Positions 36,009 through 48,620 of a DNA stretch of 64,000 nucleotides are shown here, piece by piece. Every line of letters begins with the position of its first letter. Within the stretch, counting starts at the first letter, position 1. The notes beneath the pieces were generated by a model. That model worked only from the letters and a program-made list of their open reading frames with translations. It made no database searches and was not told the origin of the DNA. The stretch is from Acanthaster planci (Eukaryota), in NCBI RefSeq assembly GCF_001949145.1, contig NW_019091356.1:3764934-3828933 (forward strand). The letters are read 5' to 3'. The position numbers and the translations under genes are program-made.

Positions 36009-38253
36009 GATGAATATATGATTAAGTTAAGTTATATATATTTTTGATAGGTGCTTTGTATATATTATGTACATAAGTGTGCAGCGTGTGGAGGATATCA
36101 ATAATTAATTGATATTTCATAATATGATTAATCCGTCCAGTCATTATACACGATACTGCTTAACGATGAATTTGCACTTGATTTGTTGAGAGTGTCATTT
36201 CTTTCGCTTGAAATTGGAATATTTTGCAAAGCTGCCTCCTTTGAAATTGTTCTGTCCCTTGCCTCATACCAATCCTTTCGCCAACCGACGATGCCTGGGA
36301 ATTAATCACGTTGGCCAAATTTTGAAACATTAATGTCATGAGTACAAGTCCATGGTATCGGACAGAAAAGAACATGGAAAACATTTGGGCATTCAACAGG
36401 TCCTTCTTTGTTGAGTTGAACAAACTGTTTTTACATGGGACAAATCTATTAGATGTCACAGTTTTGTTTCTTCAAATTTTCACCTTGTAAAACTTTACAT
36501 TCCGAACAAGTGAGAAATTCAAAATAACGAATTAAGCGAGAAAATGCAGCTTCTCATAATTGCTCGTGACTGTGTTCTCGTTAACTACATATACAATTTG
36601 AATTAAATTTGTGATTGTTTATCACTATAAATTAAGAATGTGTGCCAGTTAAATAACATCCATCCACTTGATTCATAAATTCTTAACTTACTTTGGAAAG
36701 TCGGCGATTCTGATTATATCTACAACATTCATTTCATCTTGAACTTTGATCTTCCGTCCAGAGGTTTCTGAAATTTATTAGGGGGGGGGCTGGTCATCAA
36801 AAGGAGAATGACTCTGTATCTTGATTGGCCGAGAGCTTGTCACATGACAAAAACTCAGCCACACTGAAATGACCCTTTTGGATTTGACTTGAATCAATAA
36901 ACCGTGTGCCTGCACCAAGTTGCACTTAATTAATACAGCATAATGAGTTATTCACACATTCAACCGTAAGTAGAGGTTTCTACTGTGCCCCCATTCCCCC
37001 ATTCAATTTCAAGTGTAAATATGTTCTATTATCAAGAGTATTTTGTATATTGAGACACAAGTTTCTTTTTCTGTACATATTGAGATCTTTATGCACGTTG
37101 GGCATTTTCAACCCCCCCTTTGGGTGGCACTATAAAAATTGTACATTGTTATCTGCACTGAGTGTCTTTTAAATAATGCTTTGGTGACATTTTACATTGT
37201 ATTACCAATGTTGCTGTGTTTCACATCCAGTTTTTTTTTCTGTCCGCTGAGAGACCATTTCCTTTAGAACTGTAAATTTCTGAAGTTTGAAAACTTTAAT
37301 CGGCAAGCTGGCCTGGCCTGTATAAATTTTTCACTGTAGGATGTTAATGTTGAGAAAGAAGAACTTGAACAGTTTGAATTGGGATTCAAATCAGTGGTGC
37401 ACCCAAAATAGTTGTGCCAAGTGCTTTGGGCTTTCCAATTGAGTTTACCTACTCTATGAAGATGTGGCCCTCTAGTGGTTAAAACAAGAAAGTTGCAGTG
37501 TTAGCTTTCTGCTATTTTCCATCCGATGCCAGTTAGTGTTCAACATGCTACATATTACCCATATGAAACTACAGCCAATCAATCAGTACCCGAGGTGTCA
37601 CACATCTTGGTTAATCCTACCTACGTTAGTTTTTAGTTATAACTGTGTATAGTTTCATTTGATTTTTGTTGATGCCGTCCAACTGCAGTCAGCTTGTTTA
37701 GAATTTGTTTTAATTTGTTGTAATTTCCTTTCAATGAGGAAAAACAGTATGAAATTGGATGATGCTTTTACCTTGATGAATTTGTTGTAAATGATTTTAC
37801 ATTGTAGAACAATGTAAGTTTGGTTATCTGTGATTCACAGGTTTTATTTTTGTGATGGGGTTAGTGCTTGTTTGACATGATTGCATTTTAAATTGGTCTT
37901 ATCTTAAGACACTTCACTGGCATTATCTGATTACTTCAAATTTACCTCTCAAGCCCCCAAACATGTATTGATGTTTATGTGTTTGATTTACTTTCCAGAA
38001 CATATTAAGAACTAAAACATTCCCTTGTTGAATTTTATTTTTCATTTTTATGATGCACCTTGTGTCTGCCAGTCAGATGAGGCACTTGTTGGAATAAACA
38101 TCTGAGAGCGACTCACATTGCAAAGTCATCTTTCTTTTCTTCGTGTTTTCAGAAAATGGAAATGAGTGGAATGGGTTCATTTAGTTTTGGGACGATGAGG
38201 TGTAGAGAGACGGGGGTGGGGTTTGGCTACGTGATGGGGTGGCTATCTAAAAA

Positions 38254-38374
38254 GGCCGTGTCCGAAACGCGGTTCCAGAGCTAAGGCTAGGTCTATTGTC
38301 TGTGCGTCTCCATGCATTTCCAATGGAGCGAAGACCTTCAGACCTAGCTCTAGACAAGAGATTCAGATGTAGCC
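38254..38374. mobile_element. PIF/Harbinger-type MITE, copy of 26771-26889
   Basis: Collinear similarity, e.g. TCCGAAACGC..TTCCAGAGCTA and CATTTCCAATGGAGCGAAGACCT..CCTAGCTCTAGACAAGAGATTC. Flanks are AAA/TAA. Confidence 0.85.
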
Positions 38375-39439
38375 TAAGATAATTGAATAGTCTGACTCAT
38401 TTGGTCTGGAATCCTATCTGCAATTACACTGAACTCACAATTTCTAGAGGGTGCTCTATCAATATAAATAGGGGTGGAAACTCTGTGAGAAGTCACTTCC
38501 CTTGTTGCTGGCATCTGAGAAGGTTGTTTCCATTGGGAAAACTTGTTTCAACTATAAGGTAAGCTTGCTTTGGTTTTCATTGCCATTTGTATTTGAAAGT
38601 AATTTTCTTGTAAACAATTGTTATGCACTTGTAATACACCAGTACACTAGTCTCGGTGTGATTTCAAACAGCTTGGGGGGGGTCTATCCCAAGAAATCTG
38701 TGAAAATAAGGTCAACTTTGGAAAAGCAACGCTGAACAATTGGTGGTTTGTTGCACCATCACAAGTTAGTATGTTACCCAAACTAGAAAACATAAACATG
38801 CGGTTTTCAGTATCAATATACATACGTATTTAATGACTTTTTAATCGCTGACAAAAAAGACACAAGACTTCGTGACAATAAAACCCACAAGTAAACAATG
38901 TTGTGGACAATCTCCCAATTTCAAGTGAGAGATAAAAATTGTACAGTTGGGAATTGGCGCAATGCAAAAGCCTTGAATACCAAACTGTTCATCCAAGGAA
39001 CCTCTTTAAACCATTTGTTCCTGGAGACCTGGATAGAACCAAATTGCTGACAAATACAAGGCTTGAACGTGCAAAAAAATCCCCAACTGCCACACATAAC
39101 CCACGGCTAGTTTGTGGCAATGGAAGCTTCAGGGCCCTGGTACAATTCTTGGCTAGGTGATTGTTTGGGTTTCTCCATTCTCATGACTGCATAAGGACAG
39201 AGTAATTTCAAACGGTGGTTGTCTTTGGGTCGGATTGGGCATTCACTCACCCAAAACCTTTTGCATAAATCTCCAGGGACCTTGAAGTATCCATTACTTA
39301 CATAACACAACGATTCTGAATGGGACATAAATTAATGTGAAACAAAACAAAATGTGATCGTCCACAAAACGAAGAGGGCAATTATAACTCAGAAATCAGT
39401 TTTTCTCTCGAGGTCAGTTGTAATAGATAGCATCACCAA

Positions 39440-39658
39440 GGCCCAATTTCACGGCGCATCTTACAGCAAGCAAAAAATCGGCACTTACCATAGCAGAAAA
39501 TTCTGTGCTTACAGCGAACATATTTCACGGTTAGTGAGGAATTTTGGCCTGTGCACATGCGTACATTCCGTAACTAAGGATTCTGTGCTTAAAAGGTTAG
39601 CGCAAAATTTTTCTGCTAGGGCGGAATTCTGCAATAAGCAGCGCCATGAAATTGGACC
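39440..39658. mobile_element. MITE of the same family as 2766-3014
   Basis: GGCCCAATTTCACGGCGC ... AAGCAGCGCCATGAAATTGGACC, with collinear internal similarity to 2766-3014. Confidence 0.85.
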
Positions 39659-40619
39659 CGGCTTTTAAAGGTGGAAGTCAGATTTTAGTTTTTAGATGCT
39701 GAAACATCACTTGCAAACATCAACTTTCCATGGTCCTGAAATGCAATGGCGAAGCAACGATTGAATTTTGTTGGTAGTTTAAATCCAAACTGTGTATCTT
39801 GATAAGACACTTAATGGCCATGCATGGTGCAGGATTACAGCTATGTAGAGAAGATAACAAGATAGCAAAGTTCCTTCATTCTCATCAATAACCAGTCACT
39901 GTGAATGTAGCTTGTGTGGTCACTTTCACATCCGACATCTCTTCAGAAGGCAAGTTACAAAATGTTAATATGCAAAGACAGGACTCCACTCACAAAGATG
40001 GTGCCACGGTTGCCAATGATTTCTCTACTAATGTTGGCAAAAGCACTGCAAACGTTTATGGCGATGTTTGCACGAGCGAAACACCAAACACCAACCGTGT
40101 GCATCACGGGCAACGTCCTGCAAATTCAAGTCTAAATGACCATCGAATACCGCGGTGAAAAAGTCAGTCTGAAGTTGAAAAGATTTGAAAGGCTGAAAAC
40201 TACAAACGTCCCTGGCACTGTTGACCACTTCCCTGGTGAGCGATTGTTGATGTGCGATTGCAGGGGATCACTGCATGGGAACCAGTGAGGTAAAAAGCTC
40301 TCGTCTGGTTCCCATCACCCCCTTGCAATGTTTAGATGATGGAGGGAGTGGGTATCAAGCCCAACTGTGAACACAAACTGTGCAGGCAGGCTTACATTAT
40401 TTATGCCGATACAAGTGCTTGCACACATCTGGTACACTGAAGAGCGCCCTCACTGGTTCAACCCTCAAGACTACTGCAGACACAAGATACTCTAAAGGGC
40501 TGAAAGCTTCAATCTGAAAGAAGTTGGGTCTTAGCAATCATATCCGCTTCCTTTTTTATGAGCAAGTTGGAAGATTTTTTTCCCACATGGCACAATAGTT
40601 CAACTTGCCTTTATAAAAC

Positions 40620-41310
40620 AGGTTTTTGCCAATACCCAACGTAAAACACTGTATTCTCAGTGGATGTCCGAGAGCTTGTGAAAAAATTCATAAGTTTACT
40701 CGGGTGGGACTCGAACCGACGACCTCCTGCTTACTAGTGCAGACATCTTAACCACTTCCTGCTGGGGCAGTTATCAATGTTGATGATGCTGGGCTGGGAT
40801 ATTTATCATTTTTTTCTGTTTTAAAAATTCTTTAAAAATTCTTATCTTCATTTACTGGACACTTCCCAACACGTGAAGGACTGTTTGGTGTCTACTCTAG
40901 CCTGGCAGAAAAAAAATCTATTGACGCCCGAGTATTTCAGCCAGGCATGCAGCCTTGTAAACAGAGCCCAGATTGTGCGGTGTTATATAACTTTCTTTTG
41001 TTCACGAACCTGGCACAGTGCACTGCTGACCTCTTTTCAACAGGGGCCAGATTAGCATGCAGCGGTGCTGTGTGGCTCATCGCTGCGGTGGTGGAGTGCT
41101 TTTGTCACCGGTGGTAATCCGCTCGCTCTAAATGCCCCAAACCGTGGTATACTGTTTCAAAACAAGGCTGGATTATCTCCACTTTTGAGAGTGAAAAAAT
41201 GTTGGTAATGCCCAGCAGCCTGGTCATAACAAACGTGTCATAAACAAACATAAGTGTCCGGATCGGGAGTCCCCGGCAGGAAGTGGTTAACCACTGGACC
41301 AGCAAGCTTG
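40620..41310 (-). mobile_element. tRNA-derived SINE (tRNA-Thr(AGT)-like head) interrupted by a MITE
   Basis: Removing 40752-41290 gives the minus-strand sequence GCTTGC-TGGTCCAGTGG-TTAAGATGTCTGCACTAGTAAGCAGGAGGTCGTC-GGTTCGAGTCC-CACCCGAGTA (A box, anticodon-like CTAGTAA, B box), followed by a non-tRNA body. The 3' limit is approximate. Confidence 0.7.
40752..41286. mobile_element. piggyBac-like non-autonomous element (535 bp)
   Basis: TTAA target-site duplication at 40748-40751 and 41287-41290. TIR CCACTTCCTGCTGGGG / CCCCGGCAGGAAGTGG. Confidence 0.85.
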
Positions 41311-41766
41311 CCGGGGTCGACTGGCCGGTCCGAGTCAGGTGAAGCAGCAGGTACCACAAACTATTTTCAAGACAAAAACTACATCTTGAAAATATTTCAA
41401 CTGGCCCTTTCCTAAATTTGCACTTCTGGAGTTTTCAAAATAACTTTAATGAAACACTTGTTGTCAATTAATCACATTTGATCAAGTGTCTTATACAGCT
41501 CTTGTTTGTATGTATTTACATATTTACACTGTCTCGTCGGACAAATTTTAGATGGACAAAAGAAAAGAAAGAAAATGTGGAAAAGTAGCATCTTTGCTTT
41601 GGGTCCTTTTCAATTAAAAAAATATGCAGTCGAAATTCACAGGCTAACTTGCGCTTAGCTAAGAAGTGAAATAAATAATGCTTACTTTCCTAGAAAATAT
41701 CTTGACTGTAAATGACTATTTGATGTAACCTGAAGATTTCTTGTCCCTTGTTCAGCCATTGGTTGT

Positions 41767-44700
41767 TCAGAGTAGTTTCTTGTGCAGGAGTTCCCAGACC
41801 ATCCGTTTTCTGAAGTAAGGCATATCGTGCTGAAACGGAATGAAAATTTAGATGGAGAGCTTTAGTCTGCTGCTGTCAGTTTACAAAATGATTAATCCCA
41901 ATATTCTCCACAGTTAAGCCCGATGCTTTTCTAAATCTTTTGAAATTCTCTTGCTATATAAAAAAAAACCTGTGGGTCATTATTTGCATCTTTACTTTCC
42001 AAGCCGTCAGTAAATGTCATCTTTTATTTTCACAGATTGTGTAGGAGTCCAGAATCGCCTTTTGATTAATCCCACAAAGTCCTCGAAACGTCCTTGTAGA
42101 TTTTGAAAGGTTTAGAAGTTTTGGCTTAATGTTCCGAGCCGGTGAGGCCGCCTGCTTTCATCCCAGCAGAAACTTTCTTGGGGATTAAATAACGCAGGCA
42201 GCTTCAAATGAAATGCTGACTCTCCCCCTCTTTCCTTTAATCACCGTCTTGCTCACCTGTGTGAACGTGATCTTCTTATCCCTGCTGATGTAGTCGGCAA
42301 ACTTGCAGGCAAACATGCCGCAGTCGCTGCCGTTCAGCTGTTGTGGGATGTCCCTCCGGCATGAGCTCCTCCATCCCGTCATGTCGTAGGGTGAGCCCTT
42401 CTTGTCCCGGTGCTCAGCAATCAAGTAGTCCCTGAACAATTCAGAAACGGTGAAGTTGAGGTTTTCTCCGTTGAAAATGTCTCTTCCGGCAAAACGGAGT
42501 CTTGTGGATGGAAGCAAGTGTGCTTTCACATATCTTGTACATGTAGGCCAACCACACCGACCAGTCTTTTCAATTTCTTAGAACACAGTGTTGCTGGTTT
42601 TTATAACTGACCCTTTATTTGTGGTGTACCAGAAGGAGGAACTTCATACCAGGCCAATCTACTTACCACAGTGCATTCAAACACTGCTTGTTCTCTCCAC
42701 CCATTGAATCAAAATATTCAATGCTCTTCTTCCGGAAATCAATGATCTGAAAAAATAGATTGTTTCATGCAATCAGCAACAGGAACACCCATCCTGTTAG
42801 ATTTTCACGATTATAAGAAAAGACGAGCAGATTCAGATTTGACAATACAAGGACCGTTAATTTCATATTAGGTCCTCGTAAAAAAGTTCTTATAAGAGTG
42901 ACATAGATAAATATGACAAACATAAGATTACAGCTTATCAAAAACAATTTTTTTTGCTTAGGGGTCATAAAGGTGCATTTGATGTTAGTCCAACCCTACA
43001 TAGTTCATGCTCAGCATGGCCTTTCTTGAATCACAGTTGCAATGTAAAGGTGAAAAAGGACGTTTATAAAACCAAGAACAACCAAAGACTTGTGGCCAGG
43101 TATTCTCTCTTGAGCCACGTCAAAAACGTTTGTGGCTTCCTATACTCAGTGAAGCCCATCAAACAAATTGTGTCCCTCTCTGGTCATGATAGCCCAGGAA
43201 GTCAAGTGACTTACAGCCAGGCACCAATGCATCCCTAGATGTATTGGGATCAGGATCATGTTCTTGGCAAAGATGTCTGTCTTCTTGGTCCACCTCCGCA
43301 GTCCGGCGTGCCCCTCCTTCAACAGCTTGGGGTAGAAGAAAGTGTTGAAGCAGTGCAGCTTGGTCTGGCCTAGCTCCCCGCCTCTCTCCACCAACATGCT
43401 CATGTAGAAGTTGATGATCTGAACCCAAGAGAGAACTCTTCCCATCAGTTTTCCCGTTGAAAAAGGAAAAAACGGAATGGGTCCAGCGGGAATACCAATC
43501 GACTTAAGAGGTTGGAGTTACGCGGGTTTTGACCAACACCTGCAAACTCTGTGGCGTGTAATGTAGAATATCTTTGAAGTGAAGCCGCGCAAACCCAATT
43601 TTATTTCTGCCTGGCCACTGTGGTATGCAATCAAATGGGCCGGCTCCCAAAACCACCAGAAAGCTATACCTCAGTGGGATTGTGTTTGTCCTACCTCATC
43701 GTTGAGCCAATTCAGGCCGTACAGCGTGTGCATGTCGTTGCGTGTGAGCTGTATCCGGAAGCCCTCCACAAGCACCTGGCTGGACGGCGTTGGCCGGAGG
43801 GCATTTTCAATCTCCGCCCTCATGTCGTCGGTGATCTCGGGCAATTCTTCTTCTGCCTCCTCCTCCTCTTCATCTTCGATTTCTTCGATTTCTTCCACGT
43901 CTTCCTCTTCCGATACCTCCGGGGTGGGGGGTTCCTCAATGACGGCCACCCTCCGCTCGGCCAATTTCATGTCTTCTGTGATCTACGCAACGGATTCATT
44001 CAACCACACTGCTATTCACATAGGTTACTGACATCAATTTCAACCAAAGCTAAAATCAACATTTCTTTAACAGTTCATCAAATACTTTCATGAGCCAATT
44101 CACGTTTTTTTTCAAAGAAGGAAAGTCGGACCACTAACCTTTTTGGACACCCTTGCAGCCTGTTCATCTCTCTGATGAAAATTAAAACACAACATTTTAG
44201 CTCTCCACATATTACGGCAAGTTTTGTTCCAATTTTTTTGAATCACCAACTTGTACAAACTGCCCCAGAAAAAAAGTTGTGAACAAATACCGTTGACTTT
44301 GATAACCAATATGTTAGCATTTAAAAAACTTTTCAGAAGTGAGCAGCAATGCTCGAACAAAATTTTCAGAGAAACCAAAATTGACGTACTTGCTGTTTGT
44401 AAAGACTAAGTGCAGCTTTCTCCCTCTCAATGTTTCTGTGCTGTAACCTAACACTGCTCTCAAAACGCTCTTTCCTGTGGAAGAACAGAGATCAGGAAAC
44501 TTTAAAACGGCTGATCACTGAAGTGAACTTGTTAAATGGCACGTTCCCAATTTAACGTTTGGCAACGTGCATCTTTTGCCACAGAAATGCCTACTTGTTC
44601 TTGAGCTGTTTCCGAATAAGTCAAGTATATGAATTAGTTGAACTGGCTAAATGTTACTCACAAATCTTTGACCCAGTCAGTCATTGCACACGGTGTGGCT

Positions 44701-47700
44701 GTTAGACTCCGCTCAAAGGATGTCATCTGCGACAAGTCGCGTGAGGCGGAGCGCTGCGGGGCAGGCTTAATTGACACTATGATTGGAGACTCCGATCGAA
44801 CGCTGAAATCTGATTGGTCAAAAAACAAAAGAAGAAAAATGACAAACAATGAAACATGTGGGTGATATTTCACCAGTCTTCTAAGCAATAACAAATGGGA
44901 TGTTACAGGCTTAACGGGTACGTGATGTGTACTGACGCTGGTTTGAAGTTGAACTTTCACGAGAATCGTAATTTGCCAAATACCTGGTTGTCCGGGTGTC
45001 GCCACTGTATGTCTGCTGGTGTAGGGCGTAGCACTTGGGCTGAGGTCAGTTACAGGGGCATGCAACCGTTGCCTGGCAGCTTCTCGGACCTCTTGTCGGC
45101 TCTCGTACTGGTGCGGTAGGACCCTGGTTCTGTGGAGGCTTCTGTTGGCGGGGATTCGCGGTCTCTCTATGACCGAACCCAGCTCTGTCGACTCCTGCTG
45201 TGTGCTGTAATGAAAAAGGACAAGGGTGTTCAGAAAGTGATGTCAAATTTGTTGAAGTAAAGACCTTACAAGTAAGCCAGTCACTGAAATTAGGACACAC
45301 ACACTGAAATCCTAGAATTTCTTTCTAATCACATTAAAAGTGCCCTTGAAAGTCTGTATATAACCTTTTGAATAACTTGTATGACAGACAAAAATGACAA
45401 ACTTCTCTCACCACTTCCAAGCAGTCACTTTTTAAAAAGAATGATTGTAAGGGTGCAACCTGCAGCTGGGATCTCTGGATACACGGTCTTTATTGACCCA
45501 AGTTGTCTTACCGTTTAGCCAAGTATCTTGTCGTTTCCCGTGTGCCGCTGTTCCTGACTCGTATGCTGCTGCTTGTGGGGCTGAGCACACTGACATTGGC
45601 CGTTGTGAATTGCTGTAATAGCTGCTGGTATTGCTGCAGTTGATCCAAGCGTACACACTGCAAACCCCCCCAAAAAACAAGGTCGCTGTAACAATTAGGG
45701 TTGAAAAGTAACGGCGTCATTTTCAATCAAACTCGGCGTCTTAAGCGTCTGCGCTCTATCCTTTATTTACTGCTTCTAATCTCGCAAACCCAAACTTGTG
45801 AGTTTAATATGTCTGTATCGTCGGACTCAAACTACGGTAAACTACCACCATATTAAACGTTACCATCTTACAGTACCTCGGTAGCAGTGGAATGGGATCG
45901 ACTCCCGTCGGATGATACACTGCTTTGTCTGATGGGAGGTCGCGAGAAAAGCTTCTCGTTGACCGAGGTGTAAGATCGGCCGACTGTGGGAGGAGCTATT
46001 GTTGATGAGGGGAGGGTGGATGACGGTGCCTGGCTCTGCGACGAATGGTTTGCATGAGTGGATATTGTTTGTCTGTAAAGAAACGACGAGATTGAAATTC
46101 TCTCTCGAAAGTCTGGAGGGCCTGACGGAGTATTAACAGACAAAATGGCTTTGGATGAACTTGCTAATTGTGTCTACCTGTCTTTGGCTCTAGATTGGTT
46201 CCTTGCTTTGCTTGATGCACTGCTGTGACTGGAGAAGGAAGGAGGCGCGTCTGTGAACTGTTGGACTGGCTTAGGGCTGGAGCCACTGTCCCCACCGCGT
46301 AGCGAGTGGTTATCTTTCCTCCTAACATCTGACGAGGAGTTAACACAAACAGAAGATTGGATACTGTAACATCTCATACATATTCACAAGTCAGGCTACT
46401 TATTTCAATGGTAGGCAATACCACAGGACAGACCATTTTAACTAATTCCAAATCAACCATGCATGTGCATATATATTCCCACACATCAACTGAAAAGCTC
46501 TTGCCAGAAACAACATCAAAGCAATGTATCTCCGATAACATTGAATATTGTTCGATCTGGACACTGTGAGGAACTCTTGTCTTTGAAATTGACTCCAAAT
46601 CGGCAATTTCTGAGTAGAATTCTCTGGTTCCTCACCTGGGCCATTTGGAAGCTTTTGTCCATCTTCCTGAAGAGTAGTCTTCCCCATGATGGGGTCCTTG
46701 GAGGTGGTTGCCATCGGCGATCGCTGTATAGGACGTCGCCTCAGGTCCTAAGAAAACCCAAAATCACACATTCTCTTTACTTTGGCAACAGATTAGTGAG
46801 ACGCCTTTAGGTTCGATCTTCTCTGATTGCCTTTTTTGGGAAGTACAATGTTGGGAGGCGCTCTAAGAATGGGGTTTACCGGTTTGGTGTTGGCCTCTTG
46901 AGGTTCGTGGCTTGAATTCACCATGTGGTTGTCGTAGCCATTCTGCATGCCGACAGGACGGAAGAAGTAGTTCTCACCAAATGTTGACGCCTTCTGCTTT
47001 ATCCAATTGGCCATCTTGCCAATGGGGCTGGTGACATTTTCTGTGCACAGTATAAGGGCGACAAGTCAATAAACGTCAACAGGTTTGTTTATGGTAATAT
47101 TGAGGCTTTTACCACTTATTTTTGTTTTGCAACTTCAGAAAACATTTTCAATGCACTCAAAGAGTCATAGAATCCTGCAGGTATGAACACAGCAAAGCAA
47201 GAATCCTCATGAATCCTACAAAAAATTCACACTGATGTTTTGGCCGTTACTCAGAATTGGAAGACTAGTATAAACTTTGTGAAATCAAAGTGAGTTACTA
47301 TCATAACTAGTCTCACCGTGGTTGTGTTTGATTCGTTTAGGCTCTGGTGTTTCCAGAATATCCTGCTCAGCATGCTGCTTGTTGGTGCTGCAATGGAATT
47401 ATAAAATACACTGTATATTCATGATTTACTGTACTAAAAGCATTCTTCATAACTAGGACTACAAAGAATTGTAGCTGAAGTTGAAAATTACAAATATGGA
47501 AACTGGGGATTTGAGCAATATTTTGCAGGTGCACAGCAGAGTCTACAGGAACGAAACGATCTAAGCAGTTACCTCCATTGGGGCCAACAGACAAACGTTT
47601 GCAACATTGATGTCTGTAAAAACCTATGCGGATTCTGTACAAAGGGGAAACATCAAATTGATTCAGGCTTCGCCTACATTTTCTCCAACTGCACTATAAT

Positions 47701-48028
47701 TTCCTACTTTGTACAAATGGCATTATTTGTAACAAAGGTCCCTAGGAAACCGTCAGAGTTACTTGGTGGCTCCTTGTTCATCTCCCTGGTGGAGAATTAA
47801 GGAGGGATTTCTACCATGTACCGACAAGTGTCGGAAATAGGGGGCGTTTAATGACCAAAGTGAGAGGCACATTTGTTTTATCGACAAATGCACTCAGCTA
47901 ACATCGTCACGGAACTTGCCGGTCACATACCTCGCCCAAGTCCGTTTTCTGGGCACAGGACTCGACTGGGAACCGTCAGAGCCGATCCAAGTCCTAAAGG
48001 CAGACGTTAGCTTGGAAACCATCGGCAT
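41767..48028 (-). CDS. SENP1: Sentrin/SUMO-specific protease, SENP1/2-like (peptidase C48), ~743 aa
   Basis: 16 phase-consistent exons: 48028-47931, 47387-47317, 47040-46880, 46747-46636, 46328-46178, 46072-45877, 45657-45512, 45204-44984, 44809-44662, 44474-44390, 44171-44139, 43982-43695, 43418-43215, 42746-42667, 42431-42257, 41829-41767 (TGA). Motifs WLNDEIINFYM, FNTFFY, HLGMHWCL (His), YFDSM (Asp), PQQLNGSDCGMF (Gln/Cys) and MPYFRKRMVWE. N-terminal exon borders are less certain. Confidence 0.93.
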
Positions 48029-48039
48029 ATCAACGCAAA

Positions 48040-48620
48040 CATTTGAGTGTGCTCAACAAAAATATCTCCCGTCGCAGTTCACGCAATGAACTTCCCGTAA
48101 TGGCTGGCGACACATGAACTGCGCAAGCGCACATGAAAGTTTGAGCTCAACCTAAACTTGAATCAGTCGACTGGCTACCTGGAATGAAAAAAAATACAGA
48201 TTAAAAAGAAAAGTGAGTTACGAAAAACCTGAAGTAAAGATGACATTTATACTAGCTTATTTCCACTACCTGTTTTCATGCGATCTGAAAGGTCACACTC
48301 CTTTATAATTGATATTGTAAAACCTCAGTGCGCGTGTATTAAAGTTGCACAGCAAGCACGTGTTTATGTTACATGGTTCATCTGAATGCATCGCGCGCCT
48401 TCATTTATAAATTTGGGTCAATAGTCTGGTTCCCGATCCCCACATCAACCCAGGTGTCGAGACGTTTTTAGGCGGGAACCAGTCTGGTGAGAACGATCGG
48501 GGTGCGGTGAGACTAGACGAGGATGCATTCGTCACGCGAGTGTCCGTTATTTTTTCCTGTCATGCCTTGTAAAGTCGATGGAACGGATTCAGACAAATAA
48601 TTAGGCCTTCAAACTTGTTT
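48040..48620. promoter_or_regulatory. CpG-rich promoter between divergent SENP and HYKK-like genes, with an NRF1-like site
   Basis: TGCGCAAGCGCA at 48120-48131 is one mismatch from the NRF1 palindrome TGCGCATGCGCA. The start codons are ~1.5 kb apart, head to head. Confidence 0.5.

Noticed and set aside
40697..40756. Functional tRNA-Thr gene
   Set aside because: It is split by a 535-bp insertion, has imperfect stems and is followed by a non-tRNA body, which fits a SINE head.
46793..47014. MANWIK ORF as the SENP start or as a separate gene
   Set aside because: It is preceded by an acceptor at 47041 and by phase-compatible upstream exons. The ORF simply reads into the intron after 46880.
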